Translations under genes and position numbers: made by a program
Assembly (NCBI GenBank): GCA_030690265.1
Contig: JAUYHA010000109.1
Span: 368-64,367, forward strand
From: Dehalococcoidales bacterium
GTDB taxonomy: Bacteria; Chloroflexota; Dehalococcoidia; Dehalococcoidales; UBA2162
Length of the DNA stretch: 64,000 nt
Direction of reading: 5' to 3'
Notes under the pieces: model-generated
The model's input: the letters and a program-made list of their open reading frames with translations, nothing else
Database searches by the model: none
Told to the model about the DNA's origin: nothing
Part shown: piece after piece, positions 18,143-25,997 of the stretch
Position numbering within the stretch: the first letter of the stretch is position 1
How the letters are laid out: every line of letters begins with the position of its first letter

Positions 18143-20125
18143 TTACTTCCCCTTTCTGCCCTTTGGGCTGGAGTTACCTTTCCCTACTCCCCGGTATATG
18201 AAGCCCTCGGCAACAAATTTGCTGGAGTCAAAGATATCCCTCCCATCAACAATCACATAGTCTTTCATGAGGCCCTTCAGCATCGTCGGTTCAATAGACT
18301 TATATTCATCATGCCCGGTCATCAAGACGATAGCATTACAGCCATCTAATGCCTCCAGGATATTCTGGTTAATTTCAAAGTCACCGTCCCGTTCTATAAA
18401 TGGGTCATGAATTTTGTAATTGGCTCTTCTCTTTTCCAGCTCCCGTACCAGGATGACAGTCGGGCTGTTTCTGGGGTCATCTGAGTTTTCAAGGAAAGCA
18501 TAGCCCAGGACACAGATTCTTGAGCCTCTCAATTCCTTGCCGGCTTCTTTAAGGGCTGAATCGAGAAGGTCCACCATATGGACCGGCATCCAATCATTCA
18601 AATTTCTCGCATCGGATAATATCGACGCAGGATAGGAATTCTTGGAATTTGCATACTCGTTATATCCGTGCAGCAAAAGCCAGGTATCTTTGGGTAAACA
18701 ATGACCTCCCACACCGGCGCCCGGGTAATGCATATTCCTTACCGGGTTTGAGTGGGGAACTGACGGGTCGTCAGGCAAGCCATTTACCAATTTTCTTACG
18801 TCATAGACATTTACCCCGAGCGACTCACATAACAGGGCTACTTCATTGGCGAATGCTATTTGAACATCCCGATAGGCATTTTCCACGGTTTTTGCTACTT
18901 CAGCGGTCATTATGCCCGTGACATATACTCCGCCCTTTACAATAGACTTATACATTTCCTCGGCAGCTCTGACACTTTCTTCATCTATCCCGCCCACAAT
19001 CTTGGGGTACTCTCTGATGTTATGGATGAGTCTACCGACCATGACACGCTCGTAAGAGAAACAGAGACCGAACCCCTGGGGAAGTCTGGCTTTGAGACCG
19101 GATTCTTGCTCCAGAATTGGCTTAACCAGGTGCTCAGTTGTGCCGGGGCTGACTGTAGATTCAACGATTACCGTTTTCCCCGGCCGAAGGTGCCTGCCGA
19201 AGCCATAACAAGCCTCTTTTAATGCTTCGTATCTGGGAATGTTATCGCTATGGATATCAGTCTGAACATCCACTAAAATGATGTCAGCATCCTGGATAGT
19301 AGAATAATCGTCCGTCACCCTGAATCTCCCGCTTTCTGTAACTCTTTTTAGCACTTCCGGGAGCTCTGGTTCATTAGTGATAGGACAGTGTCCTTCATTC
19401 AGCCAATCTATTCTCCATCCTGACCTTTCTGAACGTCTCTGGATGCCAGTAACGTTGTACCCTGCGTCAGCCAGAAGCACCGCTGCTGGAATCCCGACAT
19501 AGCCCATCCCTATCACAGCAATCTTGCGGTTTTTCCCTGTGATGCTCTTCTTTAAAGGTCTGGCAGGATTACCTGCTACCATTGCACCCGGTGGAACATC
19601 ACGGGTAACCACGGAGCCAGAACCCACGATGGCATCTTCCCCTATCTGAATCCCCGGAAGAATAGTTGCGTTCGCGCCTATTCTGGCGCCTTTCTTTATG
19701 GTTGGACCGATTAGCCGGTTACCATACGCCATATACTTATCATTGGTTGTCACCACACGAGGGCCGATGAAAACATCGTCTTCTATAGTAGTGAATGCCG
19801 TTATATAAGCATCTGTTTGGATACTGACATTGTTACCGAGTTTACAGTGGCCATCTATCACTGAATCTGTGCCCACGAGCACGTTATCACCTATTTCGGT
19901 ATCTTCTCTAATTAATATTCCGTGGCCGGTCTTGAAATTATTTCCAATTTTTACGCCGGAATATATCACCGAGCCTGAGCGTATGAAGGCGTTGTCACCA
20001 ATGATAAGCTGACCGTCAGCGGAGCTGCCTAAAATAACATTGTCCTGTATCTCATAGCCGCTACCCAGCTGAATGTGTTCTGACCTGATTATGGCATTGA
20101 TAGGTTTACTATTGCTTGTAATCAT
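18143..20125 (-). CDS. Fusion protein: N-terminal left-handed-beta-helix (hexapeptide) acetyltransferase + C-terminal UDP-N-acetyl-hexosamine 6-dehydrogenase (WbpD-like + WbpA/WecC-like)
   Basis: Residues about 1-195 carry hexapeptide repeats (IGDNAFI, IGNNFKT, IGDNVLV, ...AGNPARP). Residues about 200-660 carry [20 protein letters not shown] and the C-terminal UDP-binding domain. Confidence 0.85.
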   Translation of the reverse strand: MITSNSKPINAIIRSEHIQLGSGYEIQDNVILGSSADGQLIIGDNAFIRSGSVIYSGVKIGNNFKTGHGILIREDTEIGDNVLVGTDSVIDGHCKLGNNVSIQTDAYITAFTTIEDDVFIGPRVVTTNDKYMAYGNRLIGPTIKKGARIGANATILPGIQIGEDAIVGSGSVVTRDVPPGAMVAGNPARPLKKSITGKNRKIAVIGMGYVGIPAAVLLADAGYNVTGIQRRSERSGWRIDWLNEGHCPITNEPELPEVLKRVTESGRFRVTDDYSTIQDADIILVDVQTDIHSDNIPRYEALKEACYGFGRHLRPGKTVIVESTVSPGTTEHLVKPILEQESGLKARLPQGFGLCFSYERVMVGRLIHNIREYPKIVGGIDEESVRAAEEMYKSIVKGGVYVTGIMTAEVAKTVENAYRDVQIAFANEVALLCESLGVNVYDVRKLVNGLPDDPSVPHSNPVRNMHYPGAGVGGHCLPKDTWLLLHGYNEYANSKNSYPASILSDARNLNDWMPVHMVDLLDSALKEAGKELRGSRICVLGYAFLENSDDPRNSPTVILVRELEKRRANYKIHDPFIERDGDFEINQNILEALDGCNAIVLMTGHDEYKSIEPTMLKGLMKDYVIVDGRDIFDSSKFVAEGFIYRGVGKGNSSPKGRKGK

Positions 20126-20398
20126 ATAAGCCTTTTCCTCCGCGTAATAATGCTTTTTTACTCGGTCTCTTTTTTAACTCCTTAAGATTTATTTAACCTT
20201 GCTCACGAATAGTCATCAAGTGTCTTAACCTTACTATTCCAATCGAAAACAGATTTAACTTAAGCTTTTCCAATTAAATCCCGGGAACGCTTTTTTATAA
20301 GCCCCGGACAGCAATACATAAATGACCACGTTTCATCACTGGTTAAAACATCGGCTGGTTGAGAGAGAAAGATTGTATCTAAAGGTAGTTTAAGAATA

Positions 20399-20427
20399 TT
20401 GACGCTATGCGAAGCTCAATCTATCTT
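20399..20427 (+). promoter_or_regulatory. Candidate glmS promoter (TTGACG-17 nt-TATCTT), only about 10 nt upstream of the ATG
   Basis: TTGACG at 20399-20404 and TATCTT at 20422-20427. glmS ATG at 20437. No Shine-Dalgarno sequence in between. Confidence 0.3.
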
Positions 20428-20436
20428 TAAATTGTT

Positions 20437-22221
20437 ATGTGCGGAATAGTGGGTTATGTAGGTCTTAGAGAAGCACAGGGTGTTTTGCTCAACTGCCTCA
20501 GCAGATTGGAGTACAGGGGTTATGATTCGTGCGGCATCGCTGTGTCAAACGGACATATTGCCCAATTCAAGGACGCTGTCAGGGTAGGAGCTTTGAAAGA
20601 GACCTGTCCGATATTTGAAGGCACGGCAGGCATCGGCCACACGAGATGGGCAACTCACGGCCTCCCAACCGCCATTAATGCTCACCCGCATTTTGATTGC
20701 TCTCAAAGAATAGCCGTTGTCCATAACGGCATAATTTCCAATTACGACCAGCTCAGGAAGCTGCTTATCGACGAGGGGCATCTTTTCGTTTCTGATACGG
20801 ACACAGAGGTAATCCCTCATCTTATTGAGAAATACCTGGATGATGAGCCGATTACTGCTGTAGAAGTGGCATTGAGTAAGCTGGAGGGAAGTTTTGCCAT
20901 AGCTGTTTTAATTGACGGATATGACAGGATAATAGCGAGCAGGAAGGAAAGCCCTTTAGTAATTGGAATTGGTGATAATGAAAAAATTATCGCCTCTGAT
21001 GTTCCGGCTATCCTTGATTATACTAACAGAGTGATATACCTCGAAGACGGGGATATCGCAATAGTATCAAACAACGAAGTACAGGTGAAGCAAAATCACG
21101 GCGGTGGCACGGTTAACAGGGAAATACATCTGATTGATTGGGACAGAAAACAGATTGAAAAAGGGGCTTATGACCACTATCTCATAAAGGAAATTCATGA
21201 GCAACCGAAGGTAATAAGGGACTCACTGGCAAATTACTTCGAGCGTGAAACATATGACTTTCAGTCCCTGATAGATTCCGAAACAAGCAGTTTGGTTATT
21301 CTGGGGTGCGGCACTTCATATCATGCTGCTCTTGTTGGAAAACATATAATAGAAGAACTGCTTGGAATCCAGGTGCGGACCGAACTGGCATCTGAATTCG
21401 TCAACCGCGGCCGTGTGATGCCAGCTTCGGCAGCAATAGCCATCACCCAATCAGGTGAGACTGCAGATGTACTATTATCTTTAAAAAAAATGAAGCAGTC
21501 CGTTGCCAGAATATTCGTAATCACCAATGTTCCCGGCAGCTCGGCCAGCCGTATGGCCAACCATACGATTTTTACCAACGCAGGGCCTGAGGTAAGTGTG
21601 GCAGCTACAAAGAGCTATACTGCTCAGTTGATTGAGCTTTATAAACTGGCCCTGTCATCCAATTTGCTTGAGCATTCTATACGGAAGCAGATGCAGGCTG
21701 AATTGAGGCAGTTGCCTGCATTGGTGAAACAGGTACTTGATAGCGAATCGGAAATTGCTAATTATTCCAGAATGTTGAGTGATTGCAGTACCGTATTCTA
21801 TGTAGGCAGAGGTATTAATTTCCCGGTGGCGCTTGAAGGGGCTTTGAAATTAAAAGAAATTTCTTATATACACGCCGAGGGATACGCAGCCGGTGAGTTA
21901 AAACATGGACCATTTGCGATGCTGGATAAAAGGACACCAGTAATTGCTATGATTGCCAAAGACGATGTTTATGACCCAATGATAAGCAGTATAAAAGAAA
22001 TAAAAGCCAGGAGTTCTCCGGTCATTGCAGTGGCAGACGAAAGCGATGATTCAATTGGCTCATTGGCAGATGTAACCATCAGGGTGCCACATACTTCAAG
22101 TATATTTTCCCCGGTTATAAACGGAGTAGTTTTGCAGCTCATCGCTTATTATACCGCTAAATACAAGGGTTGCCCTATAGATTTCCCACGAAACCTGGCG
22201 AAAAGTGTAACCGTAATTTAG
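20437..22221 (+). CDS. glmS: Glutamine--fructose-6-phosphate aminotransferase
   Basis: MCGIVGYVG N-terminal nucleophile, two SIS domains, and a C-terminal ...NLAKSVTV(I/E). Confidence 0.95.
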   Translation: MCGIVGYVGLREAQGVLLNCLSRLEYRGYDSCGIAVSNGHIAQFKDAVRVGALKETCPIFEGTAGIGHTRWATHGLPTAINAHPHFDCSQRIAVVHNGIISNYDQLRKLLIDEGHLFVSDTDTEVIPHLIEKYLDDEPITAVEVALSKLEGSFAIAVLIDGYDRIIASRKESPLVIGIGDNEKIIASDVPAILDYTNRVIYLEDGDIAIVSNNEVQVKQNHGGGTVNREIHLIDWDRKQIEKGAYDHYLIKEIHEQPKVIRDSLANYFERETYDFQSLIDSETSSLVILGCGTSYHAALVGKHIIEELLGIQVRTELASEFVNRGRVMPASAAIAITQSGETADVLLSLKKMKQSVARIFVITNVPGSSASRMANHTIFTNAGPEVSVAATKSYTAQLIELYKLALSSNLLEHSIRKQMQAELRQLPALVKQVLDSESEIANYSRMLSDCSTVFYVGRGINFPVALEGALKLKEISYIHAEGYAAGELKHGPFAMLDKRTPVIAMIAKDDVYDPMISSIKEIKARSSPVIAVADESDDSIGSLADVTIRVPHTSSIFSPVINGVVLQLIAYYTAKYKGCPIDFPRNLAKSVTVI

Positions 22222-22227
22222 GTAGCA

Positions 22228-22251
22228 TATTCAGCATAACAATGCTGAATA
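22228..22251. repeat. Perfect 10-bp inverted repeat TATTCAGCAT-N4-ATGCTGAATA
   Basis: Read directly from the sequence. Lies between the glmS stop and the HTH gene start. No U-tract follows. Confidence 0.6.
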
Positions 22252-22288
22252 GAGGTAAGAAAGAGTAAAGATAGATGTAGGAAAGGGG

Positions 22289-22516
22289 GTGGTTATGTTG
22301 AAGAGGATTGTGCAAAAGAAATCTTTTGAAGAATTTCCGGAGCTGATGACAACAAGTGAAGCCGCCCGCTTACTTAACGTTCATGTCAATACCATCAGGC
22401 GCTGGAGCAATAGCGGTAAGTTAAAAACTTACCGGTTAGGACCGCGGGCTGACAGAAGGTTTGATCGCAAAGACCTGAGTAATCTGTCTCATAGAGTCAA
22501 ACGTAGCCATAATTAA
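22289..22516 (+). CDS. Small excisionase/MerR-type HTH protein, paralogue of 5815..6024
   Basis: Core LNVHVNTIRRWSNSGKLKTYRLGPRADRRF. GTG at 22289, or ATG at 22295 after AAGGGGGTG. Confidence 0.7.
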   Translation: MVMLKRIVQKKSFEEFPELMTTSEAARLLNVHVNTIRRWSNSGKLKTYRLGPRADRRFDRKDLSNLSHRVKRSHN

Positions 22517-22603
22517 ATCTTTTATATAATCCTCGCATGCCTGCCAAAACTTTAGGTAACTCGGAGGGCTGGTTAATCCACTCTACATTAGAAAGCTGAA
22601 AAC

Positions 22604-22876
22604 CTATTCACTGGATATTTTGCTCCTGTGCCTGGAATGTCCTTCTTCTAAATCTTGCAAAAGCCCCAATTCACGAGCAAAGTCCACCAGCTGCTTAAAT
22701 CGTGGTTTTAAGTTGAGCTTACGCATCAGGTTAGCTCTATGAATTTCCACTGTTCTCCTGCTTATGAAGAGCTTCTGAGCTATTTCGGCATTGGAAAAGC
22801 CGCTCGCCACGAGTTTCAGCACCTCCTTTTCCCGGTTGGTAAGGGTATTGTATAGTTCCAGTTTAGTCTTGTCCAA
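22604..22876 (-). CDS. Stand-alone LuxR/GerE-type HTH transcriptional regulator (90 aa)
   Basis: [43 protein letters not shown]. Confidence 0.8.
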   Translation of the reverse strand: MDKTKLELYNTLTNREKEVLKLVASGFSNAEIAQKLFISRRTVEIHRANLMRKLNLKPRFKQLVDFARELGLLQDLEEGHSRHRSKISSE

Positions 22877-22978
22877 AATCCAACTCCTGCTATTAGCTCA
22901 AGAAGTCTCAAATATCTCCCGATATTAATAATAGCTTTACAAAAAGGATAATCGTGTCTGGAAAAGTCAGAACATCAT

Positions 22979-23131
22979 TCACATTACAGCTATAAGTCCC
23001 AGGATGCCAACGATGATGAGGTAGATGCCAATTATATAGGCAATAATGTGAGGCCAGATTATGGTTATTATCCCTGCGATAATGCTTAATATTGCTACGA
23101 GTATCCCTCCCGATGGCAGCCACATTTCCAT
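22979..23131 (-). CDS. DUF3096-like small membrane protein (50 aa; below the ORF-track cutoff)
   Basis: GGAGGAaccaaaaATG start context. Translation is MEMWLPSGGILVAILSIIAGIITIIWPHIIAYIIGIYLIIVGILGLIAVM. The two-TM pattern resembles DUF3096. Confidence 0.6.
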   Translation of the reverse strand: MEMWLPSGGILVAILSIIAGIITIIWPHIIAYIIGIYLIIVGILGLIAVM

Positions 23132-23522
23132 TTTTGGTTCCTCCGTTTTATCTATTTAAATTATTTCTTTTCGTCTCCTCCTTTCTGTGTACGAGGTTCT
23201 GCGGTCACAGATTGGCAGGTAACAATATTCATTTTTGCGACGCTTCAGGCTCAGGTCAAGCTACTTTTCCCCACTTATCCCACACCAAGCTGGGATACCC
23301 CGGGTATGTGAAACCAAAATCATAAAAAGGGACTATGGTTTTCTAAGTAAATAACTATCAGGGGATTGTTCTTTAATAGGATACTTTGCTCCGAATATAG
23401 ATGATAACCTAGTTTGAAAGTAGACAGGGATTATCCGATAGCAGTGTTCTTGTTTCATAAATCCGGATTAAGGGGGATATCGTTCTAATTTGGTGGAAAT
23501 TAAAAGAACGATGCCGGGCTAA

Positions 23523-24092
23523 ATGAAAGGAACCATACTTATCATAGTAGCAATAGCCATCGCTGGTATTACCAGTCTGGCTGGTAACTACTATCTGAGT
23601 AAAGAGCTAGACTATACTCGCTCTCTGCTGGAGATAGAACGATTTAATACCGGGCAGTTAGCTTCAGACCTCCAGGCACAATCCTTCATTAGTAACACGG
23701 AAATGTTAAGCCAGCCGGCACCTGTCAAGACCGTCTACATAGAGAAGCCTGTAGATAGACCTGTACCCTTTCCTGTCGAGACAATTGTGGAAAAGGATAG
23801 GCTCATTAAAGTATCGGCAGTAGCTACCCGTGGAGAGCTAATCCAGGCTTACGAGACGATAGAGCAGGGTATTTACTCCCACCAGTTCTATCTCGATAAC
23901 CCCGAGCTCCAGAATGAAATATCGGGAGGCACTGAGTATAACCGGCAATGGGTAGAAAACTACCGCTTATTAAGCAGGCTGATTACCAGAGCCTACGGTG
24001 TTTTCCCTGCCTGGAGCTATCTGGCTGACAATACCACAACTATCCTGCCTTACGACTGGGGACTTCCAGAAGATACTGAGATTTCTGAATAA
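23523..24092 (+). CDS. N-terminally membrane-anchored hypothetical protein
   Basis: A single N-terminal TM helix followed by a soluble region. No family recognised. Confidence 0.45.
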   Translation: MKGTILIIVAIAIAGITSLAGNYYLSKELDYTRSLLEIERFNTGQLASDLQAQSFISNTEMLSQPAPVKTVYIEKPVDRPVPFPVETIVEKDRLIKVSAVATRGELIQAYETIEQGIYSHQFYLDNPELQNEISGGTEYNRQWVENYRLLSRLITRAYGVFPAWSYLADNTTTILPYDWGLPEDTEISE

Positions 24093-24102
24093 GGAGGAGG
24101 AA

Positions 24103-24306
24103 ATGATCAGTTTATGGTTGGACGAGAAAGCCAAAGAGATAGCACTTCAGGAGACCGGGTGTCAGCTGAGAGAGCTAAGCCCGCATCTCCAGCTCACATG
24201 CTACATTAAGGCAAGAGAGATGAATCTTGAGTACTGGATGGAACAGGAAGAAAGGGATGAAGTCAGGAGTTACCTGATGATTCCGGCGAAGATAAACAGC
24301 GGATGA
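24103..24306 (+). CDS. Small hypothetical protein (67 aa)
   Basis: ATG at 24103 preceded by AAGGAGGAGGAA. This is the internal start of track ORF 23998..24306. Confidence 0.4.
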   Translation: MISLWLDEKAKEIALQETGCQLRELSPHLQLTCYIKAREMNLEYWMEQEERDEVRSYLMIPAKINSG

Positions 24307-24319
24307 CTCTAGGTGCTCT

Positions 24320-24514
24320 TTACGGCGAGTAAGAGCCTGCCCAGAGTCCGGTAAGGAAATGGCGGGCATTTATGCCGAGCACCCGGGTATCATAACCACC
24401 TTCCTGGACAACCAGCGTGGGAAAATGGAGCGAACCAATCATTTTACCGATGGCTTCGAAGTCCTTAGCCTCCAGGGTCCAGCTGCCAGTCGGGTCTTCT
24501 CTTATTTCTTCGTA
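24320..24514 (-). pseudogene. C-terminal remnant (about 64 codons) of a histone-deacetylase/acetylpolyamine-amidohydrolase-family gene
   Basis: Minus-strand translation is YEEIREDPTGSWTLEAKDFEAIGKMIGSLHFPTLVVQEGGYDTRVLGINARHFLTGLWAGSYSP*. It carries the DP.G...L and EGGY hallmarks of the HDAC-fold C-terminus. There is no start codon or N-terminal catalytic part. It begins directly after the GNAT stop, in the same frame. Confidence 0.5.
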
Positions 24515-24997
24515 TTAGTAGCTCAGCCTTTTCTGCAAAACCAACTTGTCGTCGCCGGCCGAGTAGAAATCGGGGATACGGGCAATCATCTCATAGCCGC
24601 ACCCGAGGTAAAAACGAATGGTCTCCTCATAAGCCGGCGTAGAAGATGTCTCGATAATAACCAGCCTTCCTTTTGCATGCCTGATTTCTTTTTCCGCCGC
24701 TTTAATGAGAGCACTGCCTATGCCGCTCCCCCGTTTTTCCGCTGACACGGCTATCCAGTAAATATCCCAGGTATTTTCCGTCAGCGGTGTTGGCCCATAG
24801 CAAAGGTAGCCCGCAATGGACGAGGCAATCACGGCTACAAAGATATAATATCCTGAACCTTCAGGGTTATCCAGGTAGCTCTCAATGACTTCTTCGGCAA
24901 CTGTTACTTCAGACGGCTTGAATTCGGGTGTATTCCGCAGTAGCTGCATCAAGGCCGGCCTGTCTTCTTTCAGCATTTGGCGGATAGTAATTGTCAT
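24515..24997 (-). CDS. GNAT-family N-acetyltransferase
   Basis: IAVSAEKRGSGIGSALIKAAE is the acetyl-CoA motif A (R/Q-x-x-G-x-G/A). Start at ATG 24997 after AGAGGGA. It overlaps the 3' end of the upstream ligase gene by 89 nt. Confidence 0.8.
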   Translation of the reverse strand: MTITIRQMLKEDRPALMQLLRNTPEFKPSEVTVAEEVIESYLDNPEGSGYYIFVAVIASSIAGYLCYGPTPLTENTWDIYWIAVSAEKRGSGIGSALIKAAEKEIRHAKGRLVIIETSSTPAYEETIRFYLGCGYEMIARIPDFYSAGDDKLVLQKRLSY

Positions 24998-25997
24998 GGT
25001 ATTCCCTCTCGAGTGCCAGTTGCACGATTTTATCAATGAATCGGTTATAGACAATCCCGGCTTCTTTAGCCTGGCGCACCGAGCCAGAGTCAGGAGATAT
25101 ATCCGGGTTGGGATTCACCTCGATAACGTTTAGCTGTCCTTCTTTGTTCATCCGCATGTCTACACGCGCATAGCCCCGATAACCGAGGGCGCGACAGGCG
25201 GCAAGAGCTGTTCCAGTAAGGCATTCCTGCTCGTGTATTTCTGTTTTAGCCGGGCAGGCCACTTTCGTATTCTGAAAATACTGGCTATCCGGCTCCCACT
25301 TGGCGGCAAAGGTGAGAATTCTGGGCATTCCCGGAGGTAATGAGTAGACTATTTCGGATACCGGCAGTACTGTGCAGTGTGAATTACCCAGTACCGTAGC
25401 GTTAAACTCTCGCCCATCAATGAACTCCTCCACCAGAGCGCCACCACCGTAAATTTCATTTATCAGCCTAACCTGTTTTTCCAGTGAGGCGAAATTGCTG
25501 ACCACACTATTAATGGTTAAGCTGTGGCTGGCATCCTCACTCCGGGGCTTGATGATGCACGGATAGCTAAGCCGGAACAGGTGCAGCGTTTCAGCATCGA
25601 GCAGTTGGGAGTCCGGCGTCGGGATGCCGGCAGCTTTCAATATTACCTTGGTTTTTGCCTTGTCCAGAGCCAGGCCTATCATATTTCCCGGACAGCCGGT
25701 ATAGGGTATCCCCGACTCCGATAAAATCTCCGTCACAAGGGCTTCCGTCTCCGGATAGCCACAAAAACCTTCGAAAAGGTTGAACACAACATCCGCATCC
25801 AGAGAGCTCAGGTTCCGTTTCACCTGCTCAAGAGGCGGCGTCAGGGGGAGGCAAATAGCATCATAGCCAAGCTCAAGCAATGCCTGATGGACGGCGGCTA
25901 CTGCCTTAATGACACCCAGTTCCGCCATGGCTTCACCAGCGATGTCGTAGCGGGAATAACATGGCTCATTGTAGATAATGGCTACATGTGTCCGCAC
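24909..25997 (-). CDS. D-Ala-D-Ala-ligase-like ATP-grasp amide ligase (copy 2)
   Basis: Pre-ATP-grasp plus ATP-grasp pattern: PCIIKPRSEDASHSL, LVEEFIDGREF, YARVDMRM...VIEVNPNPD. Confidence 0.8.
   Translation of the reverse strand: MRTHVAIIYNEPCYSRYDIAGEAMAELGVIKAVAAVHQALLELGYDAICLPLTPPLEQVKRNLSSLDADVVFNLFEGFCGYPETEALVTEILSESGIPYTGCPGNMIGLALDKAKTKVILKAAGIPTPDSQLLDAETLHLFRLSYPCIIKPRSEDASHSLTINSVVSNFASLEKQVRLINEIYGGGALVEEFIDGREFNATVLGNSHCTVLPVSEIVYSLPPGMPRILTFAAKWEPDSQYFQNTKVACPAKTEIHEQECLTGTALAACRALGYRGYARVDMRMNKEGQLNVIEVNPNPDISPDSGSVRQAKEAGIVYNRFIDKIVQLALEREYHDNYYPPNAERRQAGLDAATAEYTRIQAV

Noticed and set aside
20126-20436. Possible glmS ribozyme/riboswitch upstream of glmS
   Set aside because: The 311-bp upstream region is AT-rich. 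I could not find the conserved glmS ribozyme core elements or a convincing pseudoknotted fold, and a promoter-like element sits only about 10 nt from the ATG. A cmscan against Rfam RF00234 would settle it.
22908-23325. Track ORFs 22908-23123 (minus strand) and 23092-23325 (plus strand)
   Set aside because: They have implausible composition and no SD site. The same DNA encodes, in another minus-strand frame, a well-initiated DUF3096-like 50-aa membrane protein.
24359-24745. Track ORF 24359-24745 (plus strand, 128 aa)
   Set aside because: It is antisense to the GNAT gene and to the HDAC-like remnant, and both give recognisable protein motifs on the minus strand.
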